Positions 12,654 to 27,759 are shown, counted from the first letter of the stretch. The stretch: 64,000 nucleotides of DNA from Auanema rhodensis (GCA_964057225.1 OZ059899.1:5084001-5148000); one strand, 5' to 3'. Numbers and translations are program-made. Notes: a model not told the origin generated them from the sequence alone.

Positions 12654-15600
12654 TTTCCTCTAGTTGATTTTGATTCTAATTGGAAGACACTTATGAGCAG
12701 CCTGTCACTACTGTTCCGATTCAAAAAATGAGCGGAAGTTATTCAAGTAGCTAACGTAAGTAAATTGATTAGCATACAACTAAATCTTGATTTGGCGCGT
12801 AAGATAAAAAATTAAGAGCATAAGCTTCATTAGAATATGCCAATACACATTATTCATGTCAATAATATGCTGGCGTATATTGTGAAACTATTTTTGAACA
12901 TTCCAATATATAGTATTCAACGTAGAGGTTTGTGACCATAATATAATATACTATCTTTTAGAGCGAGATGTATGCAAAATTGAAGTTTCGATTTGATAAG
13001 GGAATATTTGTTGAAAGGAAAAGTTCTCGATCCATAAAAATCAGTCCTTAAAAGGGAATAGGCTGAAACAAATCAATTCTGTGACGAATCGGAATTTGAG
13101 GCAACGATGAGGGTTTTCATAATAGTTTCAATAAACTAGCTATTCCATGAAGTGGAGATTATAGGAAGAAAAAACGAGAAAACCTTCTGGAATCAACCAT
13201 ATTCAACAATTTGTCAACTCGTTGATGTGATTATTCTCCCTTTCACGTAATGTACAAGCGTTATTTCTCAGTTACAACTATAAGAGAAAGAAAATATTTT
13301 ATGCCTGTATTTGAAACTATTGGTTTTCGCATCGAGTTTTTTTAGCCTCTGTTCATTGAGAATCTGGAAGAAGAAATCAGATAGAACTGCTATTTACAGA
13401 TGGGAAGCAAAAACAGGTAAATAAACCTTTTTCTATACCAGAATGAAAAGGTTTGAAAATTCGTAAAAGAACACCTCAAACGTCGATACATAAAATGAAC
13501 AATTATGAGAAGAAATAAAAAGATGTAATAAGATATTCAAAAACAAGAGAACGAATTATAGGTTCCGGAAATGACAATGACGCTGAAGTTTGAATTGAAG
13601 AAAAAATTGGCAAGGCCACTACCAGTATAGCTGGTTTGAATAATAGCTAGAAGCTGGGAATATCGTGATGGAAGACATAGCAAACAATTAAGCGCATTTC
13701 GACTAAGGCTGATTTGAAGTTAGTGCTTTATGAGGTAAGATCCAAAATTTGTCTTTTTAATGATCCCTCTTGAGGAGTGTTTTTATAGGTTTACTTTTTG
13801 GACATATCGAAAGGCGACATAGTTCTTTTTATAAGTAAAAAGAACCAATACATTAGAGGAACCGGCTTTATATGTGGCGATCGTTGTATGATTGCGGTTC
13901 GCATTGTCGCCTGACCAATGAATATAGGGGAGGAAAAGCATGCGCAAAGGGGAAGGTAAGAAAATGAGACAGTTAACAAGTCTAGTCCAATGGGTACAAC
14001 TGATTGATAATGTTTAGTCATTGTTCACACTATGTCTTTCTACCTCTCTATTAGTCTACCTGGAAAAAGTAGATTAAAATCAATGCTCTTACCACTTTTT
14101 GTGAGAACGACAGGCTTTAGGTTGATGAGGACGACCACGTAAATCAACTGGCTAAGAGCTAAGAAGTCGGAAAACAATAAAGCTTCACTTAGCCACAAAA
14201 ATGGAATTGTCAAGCCGAGTTGCCTAAAAATATAAAAACTCGATTTTATAAACCAATGAATGAAAGTTATAAAACAAGTGAGAAGGAAGATTTTAAAGCT
14301 GTTTAGATTGACGATTGATTAAAAAAATATAAAACTCAAACGATGGTTAAACAAATGGATTGTAAATGGAAAATACAGTCGACATCCTACAAAAGAAATC
14401 AAGTAGCTGTGGAGGTGGAATGGTTGAATGATTATAAATAAATGAAGCCAGGAACTAGTCATATAGCATAAAAAGGCAGAATAATGATTATATCGGTGCC
14501 ACCGAAAGACTATAAAGTAATTTGAAGAATTCCGTGGTTTTTCACCCCAATCCAGATAATAATCAGGAGCTAGATACATCATCTAATAAGATTGAAGTGC
14601 GGAGAATTCGGAATAGCTTGAACGAAGATTATGAAGTTTAGACACTAAAAATGAGTCATGAATTTCAGGCTAAATAAAAATTGGCTGTAGCTGCGTTTGC
14701 TCGAAGTGGCGCAAGCCCCGTCAGCGAGCGAAAGGCTACTAAAAACAGAGCGGAAATCAGGCAATCGACAAATGCATGATAGAAAAAGTAAATGAAAAAC
14801 AACAACACAAAACTTTCAACAAAAATAATTCTGCAAATGCATTCAGAACCAATTGGAACGAAATCTGAACGAATTCGCGTAAATCAAGCCACATTTTATA
14901 TATAAAAAGATCAGATACAACTAGCTATTCAATCGGAGGCAAATATGGTTCGTATGAGAGACTTTAACTTCGGAACTGATTGATGACAGTTTTGTCAGCA
15001 AATAAAATAATGGGGTCATAAAGTTAGTTTTGAATATGAAAGGGATGGGGTTTTTAGTTGAAAAAATGGATTTTCATCAGATGTAAAGATGGTAAGATTA
15101 CTTCATCGTTCCCAGAAACTGTTACCATGGCGAATATTGGATAAAAAGGAAAGAACTTTGACGAGACCAGCCACAATTACATTTATAAAATTTCCAGAAG
15201 CTTTCTATTCTAAAAAAATTGATAGCTGTGAGAACGGGCGAAGAGTAACAAAATCTAGAACGGGGTATAGACAAGATTAAGCTTTAGACGTACACATTGA
15301 ACACCGGCTGTCAATCCTCAGAATGCCCGCTCGTTTTTTCTCTTCTTCTCCTTCTTTCTCTCACTCCCTTCTCTATTTTCGCTTCCCTTCTCCTACGGAT
15401 AGCTGTTTTTGCTTTTCAGCTTTCCCAACATCCCACAAGCGCGTAAACTACGTCCTATTTTTGTTTATCTTTCCCAAACATCATTATTAAAAGCCTAGAC
15501 ACAAGCGGCTTCTACTATACGTGAAGAACTGCTAGAAAGTAGACTGGTTTACCTATCATATGGGGGAAAATAGAGATGTATTTTAAAACAGTAATACCAT

Positions 15601-16519
15601 AAAACGGGAAAGTTCGAATATGAATGTCTGAAGAAGGAAATATTTGTTTGTAATGACCAGAACCTTAGACAATTGCTAGGGGGGATTGTACAATTGTGAT
15701 AACTAACAGACAAGTAGATATCATAGTACCTTTTATATAAACTATAAAAAGAAATAAGAAATGGCCATCTTCTTCCTTTCTTCTTTTAAAAATAGATAAA
15801 AACAAATAATAAGGAAAAAAGAGGTGTTCGCTGCTAGTTATTTGGTAAAAGCATTGATATCATGAGAAAAGAAGCGGAAGTTTTATGAATTGCCTCCATG
15901 TTACATGAAAACATCAGAAATTTGAAAAATTATAAGGGAAAAATTCGACATTGAGTCGTCTAAAAAATATAATTCATGGAAAAAAAACCATGATCTTTGA
16001 AGAAAAATTGACTGTAAATAGTACTGAATATAAAATAAAAATTTATTATGAACCAAGAACAATAAAGTTAGTAATGGATGTGAGAATTTAAAATTGAAAT
16101 ATAGAAAATATGAGAATGATACGAATGAACGTTGCATTTGAAAAAAAAATGTGGAAAATCCGCATGTCCGTAGTTTCCGGTAGTGCTATGGACAACATGA
16201 ATTGTATTTTGTTGTTGTGGCTGTTGTTATTGTTGTTTTAATGGCTGGGAGCGGAGAGGACTGATGTATGAAAGGATGAACAGTTAGATAAAAGAGGTGG
16301 TGATCGACATCACTATGAGCGAGTGGATGGTCAGCCTTGCAAATTATCATCTCACAAATCCTCACAATCCCAATAAAGCTATCATATCAGCAAAATACGT
16401 AGAGAATGTTTTTAGTCGGTAAGTGATTCGAGAACTAGGCTAAGTAGTTATTTAACTTGACAGCTAACGAGAGAAAGAGAAAAGGAGAGGGAGAAAAAGA
16501 GCAAGAGAGAGAGAAAGAG

Positions 16520-16534
<15 letters not shown>

Positions 16535-16559
<25 letters not shown>
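16535..16559. repeat. (GA)n microsatellite within a purine-rich tract
   Basis: Read directly from the sequence. Confidence 0.9.
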
Positions 16560-18306
16560 TAGTGAAAGAAGGAGAAAACAAATGGACATTTAGTAAAAAA
16601 CAGCTCTGAAACAGAATCAGACAACAGGAACAGAATTTTGGGAACGACAACTTTACTAAGTTCTGAATTTTTTATTGGAAAGAAGAAGAAAAAAGAAAAT
16701 TCAGAAAAGATAAGTACCTCTCTATAGTGAGATGTAAAAAGAATCAAAAAGTGCGTGAGCTCTCTCTCTTTCTTAACCGTTCTCATGATATCCAGTGATA
16801 CAATTAGAAGTAATTATCTAAGTATTGATTAGCGTTTTTTAATTATTCCAAATATTCTCAGGATTTGAATTGTAAACATGAAAAGTTCGAAGTAATATAC
16901 GAATAAACTAGATCGTTTAGCATAAATAAACGTTACGAAATGAAGTAATTGATATGATTTTACATTAATCGTTTGAATGGCAGTATAATGGAGATGAAAG
17001 AAGTGCGAATGGCGTTGATTGTTTCAGTTTTATGACTGAAGTCAAGGGAATGAACATTAGAATCAGAACGATTGGCTGGTTGTAGTGGGTAGTGGGCTAA
17101 CAATAGCTGTATGATGGTTGGAGGGGGGGGACCAAAAAAAAGTTTGCGCTTCTGTTGTCCGGCTAGAAAGTAATGGTAAGAGAAAGCGAAAGCAGAGAGT
17201 GGGAGGCAAAGAGGAGGGGGTCGAAGTGAATATTGCATAGCTTCAGAACTAACATACCAGAACACGAATAAAGGCAGAAAAAGCAAAAAAGTTTCTTCTG
17301 TCAGCAATGGAGTGAAGCGAAACATAGAGGGCCAATTTGCACAGTAGAAAACTAATCTCTCTTAACTTGGAACCGTCAATTTTCCCAACCAAAAAGGTCA
17401 ATATAGAAGAGATGGAACAAGTACAGGATAGTTATCGCAGTGTCATTATAGTGGGAGTATTGTGAAGTTCATACATGGACACTCAAGGAAGAACAAATGT
17501 TCGTTTGGTCAGGTACTCTGCAGCTATTTCTCTGACAGTCATACATCAATTTGGATGTTAAAATTGTGGGAATGGGAGATCATAGGCATATGAAAGAATT
17601 TTTTTTTGTTCGTATAAAAAATGATTCGTTTTTTCATTTTCTTCACATATTTCTCCATCGACTACAATGACTGTTTCATCGTGTTTTGTTTTTATTCTCT
17701 TCGCTAACTGTGTGATATGGAGATAGGGAATGATAACAGAAAAAAGAGAGAGAGAGAAAGATCTCTTGAGCTATTTGCCTTGTGGGGACCAAGTTAAGTA
17801 TATTGAAACCCTTTAGTCAAATGAAAATGAAAGAATAATCGATGTTTCCTTCTTATTAGAAATTTTAAACATAAGAAGATAATGCAATATGAACAGGCAA
17901 TCAAGAATATTGTACTTATCACTTAAATCAAACATTGAAAAGAAAAAGAAAAGATGACTAAATCTCTGAAAGTACGAGCAGAAGAATATTGAGAAAAGCA
18001 AATCTTCTGTAAGATTAATCATAACTATTGTTATGAACAATTTTGAGAGAAAAATAAAGACCATGGTTGAAATAGATAAAAATGAAAAAATCCAATGAGA
18101 AGAGATTGAATCTTTTATGGTTTTGCACGAATAAGTAACGAAAGAGAGGGAAGGTAATAGACGGAAAAAGGGAGGAGAAGGTAACGTACAGAGAAACGAA
18201 GAAGGAAAAGGAAAAAGATAGAATTAAATAAAGGTTTGGAGAGAGACAGCAAAGGTTTGAAAAAAGGATTGAAGAGGTAAGAATAGAAAAAAAGAGAGAA
18301 AGAGAG

Positions 18307-18312
<6 letters not shown>

Positions 18313-18371
<59 letters not shown>
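18313..18371. repeat. (GA)n microsatellite
   Basis: Read directly; one AAAG interruption. Confidence 0.95.
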
Positions 18372-19358
18372 AATAGCGGAGGAAGAAAAAGGTGGTGCAT
18401 AGCGAAAAGAAAGGTAGAAAATTGAAGAGGTTGAAATCAAAGGCGCATTTTCCTATTTCTAAAGAACTTGGAACAACGTTTTTGATACTGAACAAGAAAA
18501 TAAAATTAAAAAAGAAAGAAAGAACAGATCACTTCAATATAATATATATATATATAAATATAGATATATAAAAACATTTATATGGTGTACAAACTACAAA
18601 CAGATAACTAGATATATGTTTTATTGTATTGTATATTATATTTATATTATATATTACTTATAGTATATATATAACTGTATATGAAAAATTCACCAACAAA
18701 TAAACATAAGTAATATTCTTGAAAGGCAAAGAAATTCTTTCAGAATCGGATGGATATAATATGGAATAAGTAATTATTGGTTTGAACATTTGTGTTGTAA
18801 ATAATTTTCTTTTGCATCTAACATCAGTGAAGGCAATTTTCTGCATTTTTTTTTACAAAAAGTAAAATTAAAGTAATCACTAAGGCATGCCAAGCGTTAA
18901 CGCCCGAAAATTTTTATTCAATTCCCAAAGAATGTATTTGCAGATAAATATAAAATAAGGAGGAGCGATAACCAATTCGTATCATTTTGAAAAGAGAAAC
19001 AGTATTAAACAGAGAGCAAGTTTGTCTTATCAATTATTTACAAAGCGATTTTGCAATTTATCTCAAACTGGTCATAATAGTCAACAATGAGTATTCTGGA
19101 TATAAATATGAAAATATCAGAAAAAGTAAAGCAAAAGTAGCAAATATGAACTGCTTTTCAATCTGTTTTTTTATCCTTTTGACCCTCTAACGTTATGAAT
19201 ATACATGCATATGAGCGTGCGCGTGTCTATGTAAGTTGATCCGTCATTTCATATATGTATGTATGTACAGAGAGAAAGATTGAGATAGAGAGAAAAAGAA
19301 ATAATGAAAACGAGATTAAGATATACATATAGAGAGAAAGATAGGGAGATAAAGAGAT

Positions 19359-19360
<2 letters not shown>

Positions 19361-19395
<35 letters not shown>
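19361..19395. repeat. (GA)n microsatellite
   Basis: Read directly from the sequence. Confidence 0.95.
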
Positions 19396-19398
<3 letters not shown>

Positions 19399-21986
19399 AG
19401 TTCTTAAAAGAATTCTTATAAAATAAGAATATTGTATAATAATTTAGTTAGGAATAGTAGATATAAGTAACTTAACAAACTAATAATAGGCTTTGAATTG
19501 TCTTGGCAGCAGCAGCAATAGTAGTAGTAGTACTAGTAGTAGCACCAACGGAAAGGAGAACGAAAGGAAGAAAACAAAAAATAAGGGGATCAAGCCTATA
19601 GACAACAGAGACTCGGGTGGCATAATGAAACGAATAGATACTAATATGAAGAAGGAAATATAAGAAAAAGAAAATAAATGGCACTGTGTACGACAAAACC
19701 AAACTGAACTTGAATACTAGAAAGCACAAACACCCACAAACAACTACTTGGACGAAAGCAATAACAACAACAAATATAAACATCCAAAGCAGCAAGAGCG
19801 TATAAAAACCTTGAATGGATATAAGAGTGAGACAAGATAGAATGAAATAAAAAGAGTAATGGACAGCAAAAGTGAGGAAAAGAGGGAGAGAGAGGGATGT
19901 AGAATGAATAGAAGAGAAGAGACAATATAGCAGAGACCAATGAGAAAAATAGTTGGTGTAGGAGGTAAATTGAGAACCTAGAAACGATAGTGTCCATGTG
20001 GATTGAAAGCGAATTGAAACGATCATTTTCATTAAATTTCTGACATAGGGAATGGAACATAGCTTTGAGGAGCGAAAATAGGTCTTCCACACCTTAAAAT
20101 ATGTAATAACGATACGAAAAGGAACAATTTTACGTTTTTTCGTCATTTACTGTCAAGTAAACAATAGACAAATGACCTAAGATTGCAGCCGTACACAAAC
20201 ACATGAGTTTATCTTGACTTTATCTGCGAAATCGTTGACGAAGGAGGCATGAGGATGATATTGACTAGAACAACCATCGCGTTCCTAATCTTTAGACCCA
20301 TAAAGAGCTCAGAAGTTTTCGCCAGGCTCAGAAACCACTTGAAAAATACGATTCAATGTCGCCGCAGGAAATCGAAGGTAGAAGCCCGTTTATCTCTTGT
20401 CTATCTCATCCTTTCCTCTTGATATATCTCTTTACCTGCTTCATTTTTTTTTCCAAACGTTGATGGTGGAATAGACGGAATGTGCGTCGTCCGCGTTTTC
20501 GTCAGCAGCCAGCTGGTCGACTTTTTGTATCGTCATATAGATGAGAGCGAAATAGACACAGCAGACAAGGAATGAGGACAACGAAAAGGGAGGGGGGGGG
20601 GGAATGGGGGAAGAAGGCAAAGACGAAAAAGAATAAGAGAAGCACATTTTCTTTTTTTATAACTTTGCAGCTGCCATCAAATATCTTTTTCATAACATAC
20701 GATTACGCCTTTTGCTGTTCGTCTTTTCATACTTCCTGTTTGGTTTTTAAATTTAAAAATAAGGTGCAAAGTCGAATCATAATCACACTTTGGATTTTTG
20801 ATTGTCTACTGAAGAGGCGAGTTATCTTTTGTTGGCAATCTATCTCTTTATTTTTACCTCTAACTGTCAGTATTCTTCTCATTTTCTCTTCACTTCGATT
20901 TCTTCTACTTTTTTACTGGTCACGCGGTCGTCAGAAAAGAATGCAGTAATCCTGAGGAACTAAAAGAGAATTGTTGATGTTAGAACAGCAGAAAGGAACA
21001 TAGGTTCATGTCATGATTACCAGTATTTTGTGTTTAACATGTTGATAAATGAGATCATACAGTGAAGAAGAAACTGCGATTTTACGAAGTCTTTATAGTT
21101 TCGAATCGAAAACTAGCTGTTTGTCATTCATTCTCATACACCCTTCCATCTTACTTCCTTCTTAAGAATCAACCAACTAACACTTCACTTTTCCCGTATC
21201 TTTTTTTCATCAAGAAAAAACATATAGAAAGCTATTTACATATTCTAATTACCACAAATAGTATTGAATGTAACGGTAGCTGTGTGTTCTTCTTATAGAA
21301 AAACATCGCTAATTTGACCAAAGTGAAAGCAGAGGAAAAAACTAAGGAGTCATTGAATTCTTCACATAAAATTCAAATGTAAAGTCTAAATTGAGGCTAA
21401 CCAGTCGACGGAATGCAGTTTGTAACAAAGAAATAGCAGGAACATTATCCAAAATCATTAATTTAATAGAAAATTAAATAATAAAACGATAAGACTAAGT
21501 AAGTAATATGTAAGGAACTATCTTTCAAGTCTGATAATGATTAACACTATTGTATCTTTGATCAAACATCCAGAATCTTTTAAACAGAAAAAATCTTGAA
21601 TTATCATTTCAAAAAAAAAAAAAGAAAATTGATCGAATTTTGAAATTGTTCGATAAAGTCGCTATATAATACAAAGGTAAGCGAAGCGTTCGCTCACGAC
21701 AATCGATGAAAAACATTTAAAAGCCAAATCATCATATTTTATCATAAAAATCTATAAAAAAATCTCTAAAGTTTGAAATAATTAAAGCTACACACTTGAT
21801 AATCTGTTTAAGATGAGAACTAGCATATAACTGACGTATTAAAATAAGAAAAAAAAAGGAAAAAGAAAGAATTTTAAAGAAATTTGAGAAAAAATAGAAA
21901 AATTGTAAAAAGAAATTATAAATATAACATAAGAGAGATCAAAAAAATTTTGTTTTGTTGGATATTGAGATCTGTGAGGAGATGAT

Positions 21987-24219
21987 CTACCATTGCTTCT
22001 GGTATTGTTGATAATTGGGATTAGCAGCAATAGTAGTCGTGTTTGCTCCGCCTGAATTTGGTTCATCCCACGCTGAAGCAAACGGATTAGTTGCTGAAGC
22101 TGTTCCTCCGTACACAGGCTGATATCCAGATGGAGGAGGAGCAGCAGATCCACTTATCGATCCACGATCTACAATAACGATTGTGAGAAGATAACTATGA
22201 TAATACATCATTACTTTTAGTTATTTGTTCTGCAGTTGGCAAAGGAGCAAGGTTTATGTGAGGATCTTGTTTAGCAGCACCATATCCACCACCTCAAAGA
22301 AATTAATTTTAAAAAAAAGTTTTGTGAAGTATAGTTACCTGGCTTATTACCAAGTACAGTGTTATTCCAAGGTTCTTCTTCTTCTTTTGGTTCTGCCCAA
22401 TCCTATAATTATGTAAGAAATGCTACATTTATTCTGATATTATACCTGTAATTCTCCAGATGCATAAATAGCATAAAATGTAACACCAGTGAAATGGATT
22501 AAGCTGGCAAGTAAGAAAACCTTAAAATGTTTTTATATGGTTATGACAGTGATTTGTTCGGTACTTTTGTCCATCCGTGTGATCCTCTTGAGGTGAACAT
22601 CTCCGTTACAAATGGACATGTCAAACCAGCTAAAGTTCCAATTCCGTTTGAAAGACCCATGAGAATAGCAGCATAACGTGGGGCAATATCAAGATGATTT
22701 ACATTGAAACCTTTAAATCATGTTTCATTGATTTATTTTTTAAAGAAATGGTACCAGAAATGGCAAATCCAGAGCATCCAACAGCAAGGATAAGAGCAAG
22801 CATTGCTGTTGATTCCTTTCGTGTATAAGCTACGATAAGCATAAAAGCTGCTTCACCACCAAATCCTTAAACAAAAAAAAATTGTAGAAAAATATAATAA
22901 AATATATTATTATACCTCCGCAATTAAATAGCTTTCGAACAGCTGTAGTTGAAAGAATTTTATTTGCTCGGAGATAATCAGCAAGTTGTCCACCAAAAAG
23001 TACAACAACTCCCATAACGGCATGAGGTAATGCAGCCAATAATCCGGACTATAAATGTAATTTCATTATAAATAATTATATGAATGATATAAGATTCTCA
23101 CATGGCTGATATTCAAGTCTAATACATCTTTCATGTAAGTGAGTTGGTTTTGAAGAAGAAGATAGAATGTCCATGATCTGGCAAAGTTTGCAACTATAAT
23201 AGCCCACACAGGTTTTGAGGTAAGTATTGCTTTCCAAGGAATTGAGAAGAACTAGAATAGTTTTTTTTAAAAAGAATAGTATTAAAAATATTTTATAACG
23301 AACTGTTGGATGAGAGTTAGAGACTGTTCCAATAGATTCTTCAATAAAGTTTTTCTCTTCTTGAGTAATCGTTGGATGATAAGCTGGTTTCTCGAAAGTA
23401 AGTGAAAACCATAAAAATGTCCATATTATACCAGCAACACCTATTAACAATGATGTCAGGTTTTGTTTGAACTATTTAATTTATGTTGAATATACCATAT
23501 AGATAGAATGGTGCTCCCCAGCTCACATATGATACCAGAAATGCTGACACAGGTAATCCCAATACTGCACCAGCATATGAACCAGTGAAAGCAGTTGTTG
23601 CCAATTTACTTCTTTCCATAGGAGGAGCCCAATACCGCCAAACACCATGCATAGATGGATAAGCAACCCCCTGATAATCATTTCAATGAAAACAAATATT
23701 TCTTAGTTAATTTACAGTGAAAAGTCCTTGAAAAATCTGAATAACAGCAACAAGCGTATCGTTTTTTGAGTTAAAAGCAGCTGGTAAGAAGGTATTCAAG
23801 AGAGCTCCCATACCAATAGCGATTCCAAACAACCTGCAAAAGAAATTATTTATTTTTATATTCAGATCAACAAATACTTATTTGGTGGATATTTTGCAGC
23901 TAAAAAACCAGCAGGAAGCTGAGTGACTAAGTAACCATAGAAATAAGAACTTTCCATGATACCAAGCTCTGTTTCAGTCCAGTTAAACTCACGAACCTAG
24001 ATGTAGCTATATCATATATCATATTAATTTTATTTTATACATGTTCAACTCCCCAAGGATCAGTATAATTACGGAACATGTGATTTTTTGCGGCTCCAAA
24101 ATTACATCGGATTCCAAAACTGATCATAAATCCAATGTTCGCTAAAATGGCAAGTTGCCATCTTTTTCGACAGTTGAAACAACTTGAGTTTTCAACAATC
24201 TATAATGGTAAATATTAAG

Positions 24220-24275
<56 letters not shown>

Positions 24276-24737
24276 TATATAATCAAATAATTAAAAACAA
24301 AACCTGAAGAATTTTGTTTGAATGTATCAATGCAGTATTATTCTCTTCAAATGAATATAAGTTTGTACCATTTTCAGCTCCATCTCTTTAAAATAAAAAT
24401 TTATTTTGTAATCTTATTGAAATTATTATTCTTACACTTCATTCGATGTTGTTTTTTCGTCCAGTCTAGTGGAACCATTTGTACCATCTTTACCAAGAAA
24501 TCTTAAATGAAAAATAACAGATATTAATAGAATATATAGAAATAAAAAGAAAAAAAGGAATAAAAGTTAGATTTATTAACTTTTTGTAGTAAATTTTTTT
24601 GAGCTTGTTATATATCTTTAATTGCCCTTTTCAACTCCAAAATGATGTTTCTTAATCATGGTGAAGCAAAAAAAATGAAATAACTTTGTATTTCCAAATG
24701 TAAATTTAAAATAATTTTTTGAATGATTTATAATATA

Positions 24738-24772
<35 letters not shown>

Positions 24773-25194
24773 GTTTATATATATATATTTGAAAAACAAC
24801 ATATTAAACAAATAAAATAAATAATGCTTGAATGCACGTTATTAATTTATTACTAAATTAGCAGAAACTTTAAGCTTATATGTATATTCACATGTATTTG
24901 TATATATTTATTTTTAAAATTCGGCAGACTTCATTATTATTTTACTTATGGAATATATCAAATATTATATTGAAACAACTGTATTATATGGAAATCAGCA
25001 TGCAAAGTCGTTTTATCAATTTTCAATAAGTTAAGCAGCTTTTTTTTTATTTATTGAAAAATGCAGATGATTTAACGTCAGTTAGCTTTGAAAAAAAATT
25101 GAACTTACTTTGAAATTGGTTGTTTATATTGGCTAAATTGTTCTTTTCCGGTTTCCCAAGCATCGTTAAAAGCACGTGGCAAATGTTGAGCCAT
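21987..25194 (-). CDS. eat-4: Vesicular glutamate transporter (VGLUT/SLC17), multi-exon
   Basis: The ATG follows a TTTTTAG acceptor ([17 protein letters not shown]). Motifs include [70 protein letters not shown] and the C-terminal [10 protein letters not shown]...QW stop. Confidence 0.97.
24222..24273. repeat. (TA)n microsatellite in an eat-4 intron
   Basis: Read directly from the sequence. Confidence 0.95.
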
Positions 25195-27716
25195 TTGCTA
25201 AAAAAAACAAAAATAACTAACTATATTACAAAAGTACAAAAATAAAAGAAAAGAAAGAAAATCTTTACTTATCTATCGAATATTCGAAAAAAATAATTGT
25301 GCAGAATAGTATGTGTATGAAAAGCTAAGGAAGAAGGAAAACTGGCTTGAATTATCATAAAATTAATTATACATGGATGATTTTGGATAAGTTTTCTAAT
25401 ATCTATCGGTATCTTTATGTGTTTTATCCGTAAATAAAGATCATTACAAGTCACTAAATTGTTGAACATGAATAAAAGATATTTAAGGTATTCATGCTTC
25501 AACTATGTGGTCAGGTGAGCAGCAAAAGTCGAAAAAAAGAGGTTAGAGAGAAAAGGGAAAATTAGAGTGAAATGGATGAAAAGAAAGAGAGAGAGATTAG
25601 AATTTGTTGCCAACGACCGATTAAGTCCATCCACCGAAGAACCACTTAGCTCCGGAAGAAAAGACCGGAAAACTTTTGGCTGCTTGTAAATGAATGGCTG
25701 CACAATCCTGAACAGAAAAAAAATATAAAAAGTCGTAAGTGAAGTTATTGAATTCTCAATCACTTTGAATCATTTTTTAAAATCATTATTTCAACATAAA
25801 CAATTTTATAAATACAAACTTAAATCACAAATGTACAGTTTGTATATAAAAATAATAATTTTGATAGAAAAGAATAAATATCTTGAATAAAATGATGAAG
25901 AACAGAAATTTATTATATTAGTTTATATCATTTTATGATTCATAAGGTTAAATAGTTAATATTTTAATATTATATAAGGAAGTAGATGGTTGTTCTGTAA
26001 AGTACAAACAAATTACTGAAATGTACTAAAATGGAGTTGAAGCTTTAAGTATAACTGGGTGGCAAAAATGTAATATATCAAAAGTTGGCAACGGAATCTT
26101 AATGGAATGTTGAGTACAAACTTTGAAAAGGTTGTCAAACATACATGGATGTATTGGAAAAAAGGTGTAATGTTTAAAAACTATACATATGCTTCATTGA
26201 CATGTGTTTGTTGATTTTTCGATAACAAATAACAAAAAAAAGTTTAATTTCGTGAATATGGTGATGAGTTGTGTATGTTTATTAGTTTAGAATGTAAAAT
26301 AATATAAAAGATATACATATATGCTGCATGTATGGAAGTTATTTATTTTATTTTAAAAATAAATAATTTAATTCTTATAATATTATATAAAATTATATTA
26401 AAAAGTATAAGATATAGTTTGAATTATAGAAGGTTAAGATGAAGTGTAGATTCACCTAACGGATGAATGAATGAACTTAATGAATTTTTCATTTATGACT
26501 AAACGATAAAGGTGAAGAAATATATTATAATTGATAGAATATGTTCTTCCATATTCGTCATCATTAAATGGTTTTTGAGTTATACGTCATAAAGATATTA
26601 AAGAGTTGTATATATATATATATATATATTTGATTCATATACAAAAAGCTATTAATGATTATTACATTTTAATATAGTAAAGTTGTAAATTTTAGTCAAT
26701 AATTTTGAAATTATTTGAATTAAATTGTCATTATTTCACTTAATTATCCTATTCATATGATGTCATTTTGAAAATTCTGTTAATGCTTTGAAGAAAACTG
26801 TGAAGCGTTATTGATATACATAGATTGAAATATGTATGTATGCTAGATTACATGATTATTTGAAGAAATAAAGTAAAACAACATGTTAAAGTTATTTACA
26901 AGTTTTTAGTTATATATCTATAACTAAATATATATTATACGTATTTATATATATATATATATATGTTGTGTGTGTATTGGATATAAATTAACTATTGGTA
27001 TAATGGGTGAAGAAGCTAGATACATGAAAAGAAGGAGTGAGTGAAAAGACAGCATATCTCTCTCTCTCAAACTAACATTTGCCCCTTTTTATAAGATATA
27101 GTAATGATATACAAGCAGATAATATAAAAAAAATAAGAACATAGATTATTTTTTTAAGAGTGAAGATAGAAAGATAATAAGCTGGACGACAAGCTCGAAA
27201 GAATCTCTTGTTGCTTGGCTTCAATGACAGAGATTATGTAGAAAAAGGATTAGGCTTAAGCTTATTTCTATAAAAAAAATCAAAATTTTTGATTTTTCTT
27301 CTATTACTTGTAAATTCTGATTGGTGTCGTCATTCAAATTGTTTCAAATATTAAAAGTTTGTGAAGAATGATGATAGTTCGATATACATGCCCTCATCTG
27401 CATATCATATAATTCATACATCGAGATAATAGGATAGTATAAACATTCTTTCATTTTTGCCTGGTTATCAATGAGAAAATATATTCAAACTTTTAATATT
27501 TATAATGTTTAAATTTTTCTTTTTTCCATTTAAAATTGTTCAAGTCAGACTCTGAAGATTGCAATTTCACGAATACATATAAGATGTTCATCTCACTATG
27601 TACTCTATACAACGATTGGCATCAAAAGTTTCCGGGAAAAAATTATTAAAATTTGACAAATTGCTCTAAATAAAAATGAAAATTATTGAAAGATATTGCT
27701 TTATACAAGTTTAATA

Positions 27717-27718
<2 letters not shown>

Positions 27719-27757
<39 letters not shown>
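27719..27757. repeat. (TA)n microsatellite
   Basis: Read directly; shorter TA runs also occur near 24741, 26609 and 26946. Confidence 0.95.

Positions 27758-27759
<2 letters not shown>

Noticed and set aside
15901-20949. Many 60-224 aa Phe/Leu/Ser-rich ORFs in the ORF track
   Set aside because: They are by-products of CT-rich and microsatellite sequence that lacks stop codons; they overlap in several frames and show no recognisable domains.
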